Counted from the stretch's first letter, positions 10,845 through 21,166 are shown. The stretch is 64,000 nt of DNA from an uncultured bacterium (GCA_963777505.1 CAVZQN010000008.1:32001-96000), one strand, 5' to 3'. The notes: generated by a model from the letters alone, not told the origin. A program made the numbers and translations.

Positions 10845-10862
10845 GCATTTTCGGGCAGTCTC

Positions 10863-11648
10863 TCATGCCGGGCGTGATATTCCTGATGAAGGAGAACTGG
10901 CGGTTGCATACAGTTTTTTCGGCATACGTCCTGCGAGATAGGCTTCACGTCCGGATTCTACAGCAAGCTTCATGGCATGCGCCATTTTCACAGGATTCGA
11001 AGCAGCAGCGATCCCTGTGTTCATTAACACTCCATCCATACCGAGTTCCATTGCAACACATGCATCGGATGCTGTACCAACTCCTGCATCAATGATCAGC
11101 GGAACTTCGGTAATTTTTTCGCGCAAGATCATCGCATTTGCCAGATTCTGAATTCCCATTCCAGAACCAATCGGAGCACCAAGAGGCATAACGGCCGCGG
11201 CTCCGGCATCAATCAGCTTACGAGCATTGATCAAATCGTCATTGGTATAAGGCAAAACCACAAAACCTTCTTTCACCAGAATTTTTGTGGCTTGCAGCAA
11301 TGCTTCATTATCAGGAAAAAGTGTCGCTTCATCTCCCAGGACTTCTAACTTCACAAGATTTGAAAGACCGGCTTCCCTGCCTAAACGTGCAATCCGGACT
11401 GCATCATCCGCAGTATAACAACCGGCAGTATTTGGAAGGATCGTAAATTTGCTTCGATCAATAAACGAAAGAAATGATTTCTCAGATTTGTCTTGAAGAT
11501 TGATCCGGCGAACTGCAACTGTAACCATCTCGGATCCAGAAGCCTCTAAAGCTTCTTTCATCGCTTCAAATGTTGAATATTTTCCAGTACCTACAATTAA
11601 CCGGGAACGATACTCTCTTCCGGCAATAATAAGTGGTTTGTCATTCAT
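10863..11648 (-). CDS. thiG: Thiazole synthase
   Basis: [36 protein letters not shown]. Confidence 0.97.
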   Translation of the reverse strand: MNDKPLIIAGREYRSRLIVGTGKYSTFEAMKEALEASGSEMVTVAVRRINLQDKSEKSFLSFIDRSKFTILPNTAGCYTADDAVRIARLGREAGLSNLVKLEVLGDEATLFPDNEALLQATKILVKEGFVVLPYTNDDLINARKLIDAGAAAVMPLGAPIGSGMGIQNLANAMILREKITEVPLIIDAGVGTASDACVAMELGMDGVLMNTGIAAASNPVKMAHAMKLAVESGREAYLAGRMPKKLYATASSPSSGISRPA

Positions 11649-11696
11649 CGTTAATCCTTAAAAATAGTGCTGAGCAATGATTGCTGAGTACTCGAA

Positions 11697-11918
11697 TCAA
11701 CCGCCACCAACAAAATGAACAATTTCAATTTGGTCGCCTTCAGCAATCGGTCGCTGTGAATAATCGGCCTTTTTCACGATTTCAAGATTTTGCTCAACCG
11801 CAACCGGCACATTTCCGATTTCAAGAATTTTCAATAAATCTGAAATCGTTGTTCCTTCAGGAAGATCCATTGGGGAGCCATTTACGAGAGCATGTAAGCT
11901 ATGAACCTGAGGGGACAA
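11697..11918 (-). CDS. thiS: Sulfur carrier protein
   Basis: VNG...VAVEQN...IEIVHFVGGG C-terminus; adjacent to thiG. Confidence 0.93.
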   Translation of the reverse strand: MSPQVHSLHALVNGSPMDLPEGTTISDLLKILEIGNVPVAVEQNLEIVKKADYSQRPIAEGDQIEIVHFVGGG

Positions 11919-12576
11919 CTTTTTTCCTTTTCTTCAGTAACTGTTTGATTTCGTCCGATCCGCTATCCGAAAAAGCCTGAACAAGCAAAGCTGCATTGCC
12001 ATCCGGAAATTCTGGAATCACAAACTCCACAATCAGGACACCATTTCTATCCGTTTTACCTTCGTATACCGTGATGGGCTTTTTCACAGTGCTGATAATT
12101 TTTACAATGATCTTCGCGCCTTTTAGCGGATGGCCTGCTGTATTATTGCTTTTTGTATAGATTGTCAGTGTACAGGGCGAACCTTCAATGTAATCCTGCG
12201 CACCCTGAATCGTCAATTGAAGACGTTCTTTTTCCTCTTCTGAGGCGAGATAATCGAGAATTACCTGATCCAGGCTCTTTTTTGAATCAATGATCCCTTC
12301 AGCTTCAAGCGGATCATAGGTTCCACCTTTGTCGTATTTTCCACCTTTAATCTCAGTAATGACCGAACGATGTTGTTCCTCGATCATCGCAATGATCTGC
12401 TTTTCGTCGTAACCTTCCTTAATTAATTCACCGTAGCTTGTGCGTCTTGCTTCGAGGATTTCGCCACCTTTATAGACAAGTGTTTCGATGACAGGGTTTC
12501 CGGACCCTTTATCCTCGGTTTGAACGTGATAAACGATACCGTTGTAATTTATATCGGTATTATGTCCCGTGATCAT
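11899..12576 (-). CDS. Conserved hypothetical protein (YHVQTEDKG N-domain plus Ig-like C-domain)
   Basis: 225 aa ORF overlapping the thiS start. Confidence 0.75.
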   Translation of the reverse strand: MITGHNTDINYNGIVYHVQTEDKGSGNPVIETLVYKGGEILEARRTSYGELIKEGYDEKQIIAMIEEQHRSVITEIKGGKYDKGGTYDPLEAEGIIDSKKSLDQVILDYLASEEEKERLQLTIQGAQDYIEGSPCTLTIYTKSNNTAGHPLKGAKIIVKIISTVKKPITVYEGKTDRNGVLIVEFVIPEFPDGNAALLVQAFSDSGSDEIKQLLKKRKKVVPSGS

Positions 12577-12611
12577 TAGGCTTTATAGGAAGGGGCTTTC
12601 AAATCGAAATT

Positions 12612-12640
12612 ATCGTAATTCAATCCTCGAATACTGTCAA
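12612..12640 (-). promoter_or_regulatory. Sigma70-type promoter for the hypothetical-thiS-thiG unit
   Basis: TTGACA-N17-TACGAT on the minus strand, ~35 nt upstream of the ATG. Confidence 0.6.
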
Positions 12641-12677
12641 CGAATCACGAGGATGAATGGAAGTCCGCAAGATTTGA

Positions 12678-12754
12678 TTCACCACTAGGCACAAGGGACA
12701 CAATTTGGTGAAAAAGTTATTTCTAGATTGTGATCTTTGTGCCTTTGTGGTGAA
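12678..12754. repeat. Tandem ~9-mer inverted-repeat element (empty)
   Basis: ttcaccactaggcacaagggacacaa ... ttgtgatctttgtgcctttgtggtgaa. Confidence 0.7.
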
Positions 12755-12814
12755 TAATAACAACGATGCGAGTGCAGCTTTTACGCCGAAAAGAGAATTC
12801 AGGATCTTCCACAG

Positions 12815-13805
12815 ATGCCTGAAATTCTGAAGCAATATCCTGATTTGGAGTGGATTGAAGATTATCAGACATTTCGGCGCGAAACGATGCATCGCGAAAA
12901 GCGGTGCGTGATTTTTGCGTTGAAGCGCGGGGCATGGCTGAAACCATTTCATTGTTATCACCAGAATTCTGAATTCCACTATCTCAGCCTGGATCTTGCC
13001 GAAGGCTGCAGTTTTGATTGTGTCTACTGTTATCTTCAATCGTACTTAAACAATGGAGCGTTAGTTGTTTTTGTAAATCGAGATGGGCTGGAAGAAGAAC
13101 TACAATCATTTCAAAACCAACGTATCTGGATTTCGACCGGATTGCTCACAGACAGTCTTCTTGCAGAAGAATTTAATCCGCAAATCGAATGGCTATCGCA
13201 TGTTGTGCCTGATCGAGCCGTTCTGGAATTAAGAACCAAATCGGCAAATACAAAATTTCTGGAAGATCCCAATATCCGCAGGGACAGAGTTGTCGCTGCA
13301 TGGTCGTTGAATCCAGAACCGATCGCCAGTCATTATGAGTACGGCACAGCCAGCGTTGCCGAGAGACTTGACAGCTGCAAAACATGCGGTATCGCTTGGT
13401 TACCGTGTAGCATTTCATTTCGATCCTGTTTTTTATTTCGATGGCTGGGAGGAAGCTTATAGCAACCTGATAGACGAACTACGAAGTATTGAATCTGAAC
13501 AGATTGCATTTCTATCTTTAGGATTGTTTCGATATATGCCTGATTTAGGCGCAATCATTCGCAAACGTTTTCCATACCATGAAATCTTAACTGGCGAATT
13601 TTTTCCTCAATCGGGTGGAAAGTATCATTATCTGCGAAGCATTCGAAAGGAAATGTATGGAAAATTTCAGATGTGGCTGGAACCGTGGATTACAAAAGTT
13701 CCAGTTTTCTGGTCCATGGAACCAGAGGATGCGATGATTCTCACCGCAAAGACAAAGCGGCCTTCGGCCGCAATTTCAGATTTCAGGTTTTTGATTTCGG
13801 ATTGA
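12815..13805 (+). CDS. Spore photoproduct lyase-family radical SAM protein; apparent frameshift near 13370
   Basis: CSFDCVYC, ELRTKS, AWSLNP, then HFDP in the next frame (13335..13805). Confidence 0.8.
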
Positions 13806-14018
13806 AATTGAACGATTTTTTGATTGAAACATATGCCAATTGTCCTCCTACAGAACAGAACGAATAGGTTATCAAGAATCTAAGGCTTCCGACTTCTCTC
13901 TTTATTCTCTTGTCTGTTTGAGGAGATAACATTACGAACCTTTACCGGTAGCACAGTATTTCTGTCAATCTGCCATCAAAAATTTCAATCTGAAATCAGA
14001 GATCTCAAATCTAAAATT
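13772..14018. repeat. Tandem 7-mer inverted-repeat arms enclosing a long hairpin
   Basis: aatttcagatttcaggtttttgatttcggattgaaatt / aatttcaatctgaaatcagagatctcaaatctaaaatt. Confidence 0.7.
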
Positions 14019-14021
14019 CTT

Positions 14022-14225
14022 TTAACGTTCTTTTTCTTCAGCGCTACTTCCAAGCGACTTTTGATCCGTCTCTTTTTTGGGCTCTTTCATTGACGACTTG
14101 AAATTTGTAATCGCTTCGCCAATCCCACGTCCCAGTTCCGGCAGCCTTCTGGCGCCGAAAATCAGGGCCGCTATTGCAAGAATCAAAATAAGCTCAGGAA
14201 TTCCGATCGGACCTACAACAGCCAT
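14022..14225 (-). CDS. tatA: Twin-arginine translocase TatA/E
   Basis: GPIGIPELILIL...IFGARRLPELGRGIGEAITNFK. Confidence 0.93.
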   Translation of the reverse strand: MAVVGPIGIPELILILAIAALIFGARRLPELGRGIGEAITNFKSSMKEPKKETDQKSLGSSAEEKER

Positions 14226-14243
14226 TTTTCTCCTAGAATCATC

Positions 14244-14267
14244 GAGCGGGTCTTAGACCAGCCCTAC
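14244..14267. repeat. REP-like palindrome (GTAGGG-type)
   Basis: gagcgggtcttagaccagccctac, a variant of the 26048-26119 unit. Confidence 0.7.
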
Positions 14268-14270
14268 AGG

Positions 14271-16148
14271 TCAAATAATTATACGCTCGTTTCCGCTGCG
14301 ACGGGTAACCCCTTCTCGATCAAGAAGTTCAAGCAATGGAATTGCATACTTTCGGCTCACGCCAAAACGGCTCTTAAAATCAGCAACCGAAAACGTCTTT
14401 TGCTGAGATTTCAGGTCGCGAATTTTTGATTTTAGCTCCTCCCACCTTTCTCGATGGACGAAATAATCGTCCGAAACTTTGATTACTTTTCCCTGTCGAA
14501 CCAACAAATAAGTGATTTTTGTCACATTTTCGATTTTTTTCGCGATTCTGGAAGAAAGTTCCCCGATGCCTTGAAACTCCAACCCCGCTTCATGAATCTT
14601 TTCACTCACATTTGTAGCCAACGATTCATCATCTAAACTCAAAGTTGATGCTCTGCCAAAGAGTGCAACCGTTTCCTTTTGAAGACTGACCGTTTGAGAT
14701 GTTACTGCTTGATCCAGGATCGCCTGAAAAATATCTGAGGGTACGTTTGAAAGAAAGCGGCTGCGAAGCTCTTCTTTTGGAATGCCTGGAAGCAACGGAT
14801 TTTTTTCATGGAATATTTGAAGGTTTGAGCGAATTTTTTCCAGAATCATTTTTGCTGCATTTTCAGAAATCATCAAGATCGGTGATTTTCTAAGAATTAA
14901 GACTTCGCTTTTGAGTTCACGAATCTTTTCGGCACTGAGACCCATCCGTGATTTTAGATATGGTTCTGCAGCTCCCTGTATGCCTTGTTGATCTACAATG
15001 GATTCCAGCCTTTCCAAATCATTTGCTGTTTCAAGTCTTTGCAAACGTTCAAGAGCCTTCTGATCACTCTTTCTAATTCGTCGTAATGGAAGATGATCCA
15101 GGATTGCACCGCCGCCGGCTGTGATGAGCGGACTTTGACGTCGAATGATGAATCGATCTCCATAAAATGCCGATAACGGCTTTTGCAATCTGATTTGTGC
15201 ATACGCTGATTTACCCGGCTCCAATTGATCGGTGCCAAGCAGTGTGACACGTCCCAGTGTGTCAGTCGCAAGATGATGGAAACGAACAAGACTATTGTGA
15301 GGTATTGGTTTGGCAGAATCTAATAATGTTAGTTTTACATCCAATAAGCTGGTGCTTTTTAGTAAGTCGGGCTCCGTTAAAACATCCCCGCGCACAACTT
15401 GATCTTTATCCACACCTTGCAAATTCACAGATGTGCGTTGTCCTGCAACAGCTTCAGCAACAACCTCATTATGCGCATGAACAGAACGGATCTTTGCACG
15501 AATTCCGGAAGGCAGAATTTCGGTAACGTTATCTTTCTTAAGTTTTCCTCCGATCAAAGTTCCTGTTACAACAGTTCCATGACCCTTCAGAGTGAAAATG
15601 CGATCCACAGGCAAACGGAAAATTCCATCCGCAGTTCGATTCTTCAACCGTTGCAATTCATTCAAGATTCCAGCGCGTAGATTCTCAATCCCTTCACCAG
15701 AGACTGAGCTCACAGCAAAACAGGCTGCATTTTCAAGAAAACTGTTTTTTGTGAGATCGGATATTTCCTCACGGATTAACTCTAAATCTTCAGTTTCAAC
15801 TAAATCGGATTTTGTGATTACGATAATCCCGGATTGAATATTCAAGAGTTTGCAAATATCAAAATGTTCACGGGTTTGAGGCATGACCGATTCATCCGCC
15901 GCTACAATTAGCATCAGAAGATCAACTCCTCCGATTCCGGCAAGCATATTCCGAACGAATCGTTCATGACCTGGCACATCGATGAAACTCACATCAACTC
16001 CCTGCCAATTTGCATGCGCAAATCCGAGGTCGATCGTGATCCCTCTCGCCTTTTCCTCAGGGAGACGGTCTGTATCAACGCCTGTTAATGCTTTGACGAG
16101 CGCTGTCTTACCGTGATCGATGTGCCCTGCCGTTCCAATAATCGCCAT
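14271..16148 (-). CDS. selB: Selenocysteine-specific elongation factor
   Basis: GTAGHIDHGKT, RGITIDLGFA, DVPGHERF, C-terminal SRKYAIPLLELLD winged helix. Confidence 0.95.
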   Translation of the reverse strand: MAIIGTAGHIDHGKTALVKALTGVDTDRLPEEKARGITIDLGFAHANWQGVDVSFIDVPGHERFVRNMLAGIGGVDLLMLIVAADESVMPQTREHFDICKLLNIQSGIIVITKSDLVETEDLELIREEISDLTKNSFLENAACFAVSSVSGEGIENLRAGILNELQRLKNRTADGIFRLPVDRIFTLKGHGTVVTGTLIGGKLKKDNVTEILPSGIRAKIRSVHAHNEVVAEAVAGQRTSVNLQGVDKDQVVRGDVLTEPDLLKSTSLLDVKLTLLDSAKPIPHNSLVRFHHLATDTLGRVTLLGTDQLEPGKSAYAQIRLQKPLSAFYGDRFIIRRQSPLITAGGGAILDHLPLRRIRKSDQKALERLQRLETANDLERLESIVDQQGIQGAAEPYLKSRMGLSAEKIRELKSEVLILRKSPILMISENAAKMILEKIRSNLQIFHEKNPLLPGIPKEELRSRFLSNVPSDIFQAILDQAVTSQTVSLQKETVALFGRASTLSLDDESLATNVSEKIHEAGLEFQGIGELSSRIAKKIENVTKITYLLVRQGKVIKVSDDYFVHRERWEELKSKIRDLKSQQKTFSVADFKSRFGVSRKYAIPLLELLDREGVTRRSGNERIII

Positions 16149-16160
16149 GAGATGATTATA

Positions 16161-16261
16161 GTTTGTATTAAAGGTACGCAGTTCGTACGCATTTATGCGG
16201 ACAAACAGTACCGTGAGTCTCCACGGCACTGCCTCGCATTCGCTGGCGTGCCTAACTACAA
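16161..16261. repeat. REPIN-like doublet (GTAGTAAGGCAC family)
   Basis: Shares arms with 21544-21639 and 28305-28517 (acggcactgcctcgcattcgct). Confidence 0.75.
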
Positions 16262-16285
16262 TCCAGCATGCTATACAATCGCCCC

Positions 16286-17446
16286 ATGGTTCTAACCGGT
16301 CTTGATGTTTTAATGCAGCGCAGCAGAGATGTGTTAAAAGGCCGAAAAATAGGTCTCGTTGCAAATCCTTCATCAGTAAATTCCAAGCTTGAATTCATTC
16401 TCGATCTTTTTACGAATGAAAAAAGCTGGGAAGTAACGACTTTATTCGGACCTGAACATGGATTGCGTGGCGAGGTTCAAGCAGAAGAATGGTCAACTGA
16501 TTTTCATGAACCAACAACAGGACTCCCTGTGTTTAGTCTTTATGGCAAACATCTCAAGCCGGAACCTGAAATGCTTCGCAATGTCGATACAATTGTTTTC
16601 GACATTCAGGATGTTGGCAGCAGGTATTACACCTTTATTTACACATTGTCATACATCATGGAAGCTTGCGCAGGAAAGGACATTGAAGTTGTTGTTCTGG
16701 ATCGTCCAAATCCAATCAATGGAAACGATGTGGAAGGTCCGGTTCTGGAAAGCCATTTTGAATCCTTCGTTGGCCGTTTTCCAATTCCGATTCGTCATGG
16801 AATGACCGTTGGAGAACTTGCGTTGCTGTTCCAAAAGGAATTTGGAATCGAGTGCAGTTTACGAATCATAAAGATGGAAGGTTGGAAACGCGACTTTTAT
16901 TTTGAAGAAACTGGTCTTCCATGGGTGCTGCCATCGCCAAATATGCCAACACCAAGCACTGCCCTTGTTTATCCGGGTATGTGTTTGTTTGAAGGAACAA
17001 ATCTTTCGGAAGGGCGTGGAACGACTCGTCCATTCGAAATTTTCGGCGCACCATGGATTGATCCGCACAAGCTTTGTAAAGCGTTAACAAATCTGTCAGG
17101 CGTTACATTCCGTCCGTTGTATTTTCAACCAACTTTTAGTAAACACAGTGGAGAGCTTTGCGGTGGAGCTCAAATCCATGTAACTGATGCGAGCAAGTAT
17201 CGGCCAGTAAAGATGGCAGTGTATATACTTAGTTTCCTTTTGAAGGAATATCCCGGGTTCTTCAAGTGGAAAGATCCGCCATATGAATTTGTAGCAGACC
17301 GTCTGCCGATTGATATTCTTTTTGGCAATTCATGGATTAGAGAATCACTTGAAAAAGGCGAAACTCCTGACGAAATCGAAAAACGATGGGAGTCAAATCT
17401 CCAAAACTTCATCAAGCTGCGGGAAAAATATCTGCTTTATATTTGA
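16286..17446 (+). CDS. DUF1343 / exo-beta-N-acetylmuramidase NamZ family
   Basis: FGPEHG, DIQDVGSRYYT, DRPNP, RHGMTVGE, SPNMP, SEGRGTTRPFE. Confidence 0.92.
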   Translation: MVLTGLDVLMQRSRDVLKGRKIGLVANPSSVNSKLEFILDLFTNEKSWEVTTLFGPEHGLRGEVQAEEWSTDFHEPTTGLPVFSLYGKHLKPEPEMLRNVDTIVFDIQDVGSRYYTFIYTLSYIMEACAGKDIEVVVLDRPNPINGNDVEGPVLESHFESFVGRFPIPIRHGMTVGELALLFQKEFGIECSLRIIKMEGWKRDFYFEETGLPWVLPSPNMPTPSTALVYPGMCLFEGTNLSEGRGTTRPFEIFGAPWIDPHKLCKALTNLSGVTFRPLYFQPTFSKHSGELCGGAQIHVTDASKYRPVKMAVYILSFLLKEYPGFFKWKDPPYEFVADRLPIDILFGNSWIRESLEKGETPDEIEKRWESNLQNFIKLREKYLLYI

Positions 17447-17488
17447 AATACATGGCCATGCTCATTGTGAGGTGTACAATAAGAGCGC

Positions 17489-18271
17489 ATGAATAAAAAC
17501 ATTTTGGTGATGGCCGGGCTCGATCCCAGTGCATGCGCAGGCATGATTGTTGATCTAAAAACATTAATGGCCTGGCGTATGTATGGTGTGGGTGTTGTTA
17601 CGGCCATAACGGCTCAGAATACACAACGCGTTGAAGGCGTGTATCAGGTTCCAATGGAAGTGATCGGCTCGCAGCTTGAATCAATTGTCGCCGATATTGA
17701 AATTCATGCCGTAAAAATCGGATTGATGCCGAATGCAATGACGATTGAGCTTGTTGCAGAACTGCTTCGTACATTTAAGCTTTCGGGCATCGTTGTCGAT
17801 CCAATCTTTCGATCTTCCACTGGCTATGAATTCGCAGATGAAAAAATGATTCAGGCGTACAAAGATAAACTTTTTCCACTTGCTGAAGTCGTTACTCCAA
17901 ATCTTTATGAGGCAACAATTCTTTCAGGAATAGAGGTTCGTGATATTACAACGATGAAAGAAGCGTCTCAAAAAATTCAACAACTGGGTCCAAAAAATGT
18001 GGTGATTACTGGCGGACATCTTGAAGGCCGCGCATCGGATATTCTTTTTGATGGAATCCGTCATTCTATCTTTGATGCGCCAAGAGTAAGTTCTAACAAT
18101 AACCGAGGTCTTGGATGCACCTTTTCAACAATTATTGCCTTACATGTTGCGAAAAAAGTAAAAGTCGCAGCTGCAATCGATCCTGCAAAGAAATATCTCG
18201 CTCGCGCCATGGTTCATCCATTTAAGATTGGAACAGGCAACGGCCCGATTAATCACAATGTAGCTATATGA
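17489..18271 (+). CDS. thiD: Hydroxymethylpyrimidine/phosphomethylpyrimidine kinase family
   Basis: TAQNT, VKIG, VVDP, TPNLYEA, TGGH, GLGCTFS. Confidence 0.8.
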   Translation: MNKNILVMAGLDPSACAGMIVDLKTLMAWRMYGVGVVTAITAQNTQRVEGVYQVPMEVIGSQLESIVADIEIHAVKIGLMPNAMTIELVAELLRTFKLSGIVVDPIFRSSTGYEFADEKMIQAYKDKLFPLAEVVTPNLYEATILSGIEVRDITTMKEASQKIQQLGPKNVVITGGHLEGRASDILFDGIRHSIFDAPRVSSNNNRGLGCTFSTIIALHVAKKVKVAAAIDPAKKYLARAMVHPFKIGTGNGPINHNVAI

Positions 18272-18666
18272 AAATCGAATCTTTAAATCACATCGCAATG
18301 ATTGTTAAAAATGCTGCAGTCAGCGCGGAATTTTACAAACGATTCTGCGGCATGGAAACGATTCATGAGCGGAGTGACAATGACATTCATGTTCGCTGGC
18401 TTCGTGTTCCATCGCAAAAAGATGGCTTTATGATTGTGTTGCTCGAAACTCTGGGAGAGCTTTCAAGTGAGCCAGGCAACATGGACCATCTTGGATTTTA
18501 TGTAGAAAGCCGGAAAGATGTTGATGAGATTGCAGGACTCGCACGAAAAGATGGAATTTTGCTTGAAGGTCCTGAATACGCCGGCCCGATCGTTGGTTAC
18601 TATTGTATGATTCGCGATCCGGATGGTTATATGGCCGAATTTTCGTGCGAACAATTGAAAGTCTAA
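18268..18666 (+). CDS. VOC/glyoxalase family protein
   Basis: LNHIAM, DHLGF, RDPDGYMAEF. Confidence 0.88.
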   Translation: MKIESLNHIAMIVKNAAVSAEFYKRFCGMETIHERSDNDIHVRWLRVPSQKDGFMIVLLETLGELSSEPGNMDHLGFYVESRKDVDEIAGLARKDGILLEGPEYAGPIVGYYCMIRDPDGYMAEFSCEQLKV

Positions 18667-18671
18667 TATTG

Positions 18672-18801
18672 AACCACAGATATACACGGATTACTATAAC
18701 CACGGATCAACACGGATGAACACGGATTTTTTCTTTTCTAGCAATTAATTATCCGTGTTCATCCGTGAAATCCGTGGTTTATTTATCAGTGTTTATCCGT
18801 T
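18672..18801. repeat. Tandem 9-mer inverted-repeat element (empty)
   Basis: (cacggatNa)n ... (atccgtgtt)n between convergent genes. Confidence 0.8.
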
Positions 18802-18802
18802 G

Positions 18803-21163
18803 TTAGTGGGTTTTACCACACACCCGCGTGAGGCTTGGAAAAGCTAAAAGAGCCAATCCATAGCAGAAGAACCCCGTCCAAAAAGTAGTCGATATTCCTT
18901 CCGTTATTGAGATCACAACCGCAAGTACTGAAGCACAAACTGAAGTTGCACCATTTACGCCCCACAACCATGGAGTTAAATGCGAAAATCGGATCGATGC
19001 TGCTTTCATTCCGAGTGGAAAAACCATTCCCATCAGAAGACCTGCAAAACTGAGTGATGCCCATGAAAAAATAATCCTCACTCTGTTTGAAGAGGATTGA
19101 AGCTCGGTGACTCCATACTTCGTGACAACAAAAAACAGAACAAGAACAACAAGTAAAAGTGCAAGAGCTTTCAAGCCTGAAGATCGCAGCTGTTCCGGCT
19201 GAATTTTGTTAGTCAAATAACTTCCGATCCCTCCGCTGATCAAAAGTGAGAACAAGACAACGGAAAGACTGTACGTTGGGTGTCCGAGAAAAATAATCAA
19301 CTTCTGCATTTGTGAAATTTCGACAAGCATGAAACCCATTCCGATTGCAAAAAAGTAAAGTAAAAACGGAGCCGAACCAGCCTCTAATTTTTGAGGATTG
19401 AGAAAAAGAGGTACAAAAATAAACAAAAGAGTCAGCACAACCACAAGCAAAAGAAGAGCTGCAAGAATGAATGTGGATGTTGGCGTAACAGCCTGTATCC
19501 CGCGGGTCCAAAAACTCCAACGCCCAAGAGTCTTTAGCTGAAAAGAACTGAAGAAGAATGGACGGTTATCTTCAGGCGGAATCAATTCTTTTTCTAAATT
19601 TCCGGCTTTCCTCCCTGCCAGAATTCGATAAAACATTCGATCCGATGATTTTTTCGGACTGTATAGCACGTTGAATCTTAATCTCTCACAAACTTTGTGA
19701 AAGTTTTTCATATCATTTTCAGAAAAAGGATTTTTGCTGACCAGGATCGTTGCGATCCCTTCCTTTCTTTTCTGAAGATCGTTGTAATTCGTGGCAACCA
19801 GAATATGCTCTTGCGGTAATTTAATATTCCTTCTGATTAGGACAGCACGAGCGAGCGAAACAAGCTTATAAACTTCGAGTGGACGTTCCGGCGTGTACCA
19901 TCGGGAGAAACTGAGGGTTCCATTATTCGATAGACGATTCAGGAAAATCTCCCAACCCTCGATTGTATAAAGCGAATTCTCCGCCAAAATAAATGCTCCG
20001 GCTGCAGTTGCTGCCCACGTATCGATTAAAGAAACCTGGATAATGTCGAAACTTTTATTTTGACGGGCCAGATAACTGCGTGCTTCATCGTTAATCATTC
20101 TTATCCGCGGATTGCGATCGAGATGGCCCGTAAAATCCGCAAATTTTTTGTTGACGACGTTAAGAATGTTTTCGTTAATCTCAACACCTTCTACGGATCT
20201 TTGGTGAAAGGCAATTGCCGATAGAATGTCCCGCCCTCCACCAATTCCTATTACAAAAACATTTGCATCGCTTTTTAAATGATGCGCCAGGTTGGTAATG
20301 TCATATTGCAGATAGTTCAACTTGGAAACGTCCCCTTCAAATTTTGTCAATGCGGTGCCCGCACTGCCATCAATGTCCATGAAAAGTTCTTCAACCGGTG
20401 TTTCAATTTGAATAGGACTAAAACCCCAGCCAAAGGGTTTTGGGCTGGGATCCGGCAAAACCTGAATCCTTGAAAAGGAATTCCATTTTTCATATAAAGC
20501 CTGCGGCTGGAAACGTCCTTTAGACCAGGAAAATCTGAAGATGGATTTTTGTTGAAACGAAAACAAAGCTTGAAGAAGAAAAACTCCAAGGATTAATACG
20601 CTTGCTCCAGCGGTTATTTTTCTAAGTTTTCCATCAACGTGCTTCGTAAAAAGCCAGGCAGCAGTCATCGCAAGCCAGCAGATCCCAAAAATAGTTGTTG
20701 CAGCATCTGTGGAATTCAGCAAAATAATCAGGAGGATGCATCCGGCAGCAGCGCCTATCAGATCGACTGCATACAACTTACTTAACTTCTCCGGAAAGCG
20801 CGTCAAAGCAAGACACACAGTAATACCGCTCATCGTGAATGGAATCGATGCAGCCAGGTAAGAAGCAGTCACCATGATCATGGTGTGTTCAGTGATGAAG
20901 GGAAGTAACCAGATCAATAGAAAACTGCCAAGCGTTGTGAGGCTAAACCAGAGCGAACTCTTAGCCATTGATTGAAGTTCCTGATTCTTTGGAAATGACT
21001 TTGGACGTAGAAATACGAGAAGCGATCCTACAGTCATTCCAAACATGGCCACAGAAACGGCCATAAAAGCGAAGTGATACCAGAGAATGACGCTGAAGAT
21101 TCTGGTCAGCAGAATCTCAAGCATTAATGTGGAGAGCGTAATTAGGAACAGCGCGTAATACAC
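18803..21163 (-). CDS. Polytopic membrane protein with central spermidine-synthase-like SAM domain
   Basis: TM blocks flanking WNSFSRI, IGIGGGRD, GVEIN, DEARSY, DTWAA, ENSLYTIE. Confidence 0.8.
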   Translation of the reverse strand: MYYALFLITLSTLMLEILLTRIFSVILWYHFAFMAVSVAMFGMTVGSLLVFLRPKSFPKNQELQSMAKSSLWFSLTTLGSFLLIWLLPFITEHTMIMVTASYLAASIPFTMSGITVCLALTRFPEKLSKLYAVDLIGAAAGCILLIILLNSTDAATTIFGICWLAMTAAWLFTKHVDGKLRKITAGASVLILGVFLLQALFSFQQKSIFRFSWSKGRFQPQALYEKWNSFSRIQVLPDPSPKPFGWGFSPIQIETPVEELFMDIDGSAGTALTKFEGDVSKLNYLQYDITNLAHHLKSDANVFVIGIGGGRDILSAIAFHQRSVEGVEINENILNVVNKKFADFTGHLDRNPRIRMINDEARSYLARQNKSFDIIQVSLIDTWAATAAGAFILAENSLYTIEGWEIFLNRLSNNGTLSFSRWYTPERPLEVYKLVSLARAVLIRRNIKLPQEHILVATNYNDLQKRKEGIATILVSKNPFSENDMKNFHKVCERLRFNVLYSPKKSSDRMFYRILAGRKAGNLEKELIPPEDNRPFFFSSFQLKTLGRWSFWTRGIQAVTPTSTFILAALLLLVVVLTLLFIFVPLFLNPQKLEAGSAPFLLYFFAIGMGFMLVEISQMQKLIIFLGHPTYSLSVVLFSLLISGGIGSYLTNKIQPEQLRSSGLKALALLLVVLVLFFVVTKYGVTELQSSSNRVRIIFSWASLSFAGLLMGMVFPLGMKAASIRFSHLTPWLWGVNGATSVCASVLAVVISITEGISTTFWTGFFCYGLALLAFPSLTRVCGKTH

Positions 21164-21166
21164 GTT

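Noticed and set aside
10750-10862. tRNA-Sec (selC) or riboswitch near thiG
   Set aside because: No cloverleaf, T-loop or UCA anticodon; it is a simple REP-like inverted repeat downstream of thiG
12577-12680. TPP riboswitch upstream of thiS/thiG
   Set aside because: No CUGAGA core or aptamer pairing, and the promoter lies only ~35 nt from the first ATG
18672-18801. CRISPR array
   Set aside because: Units are ~9 nt, tandem and inverted, with no spacers; no cas genes
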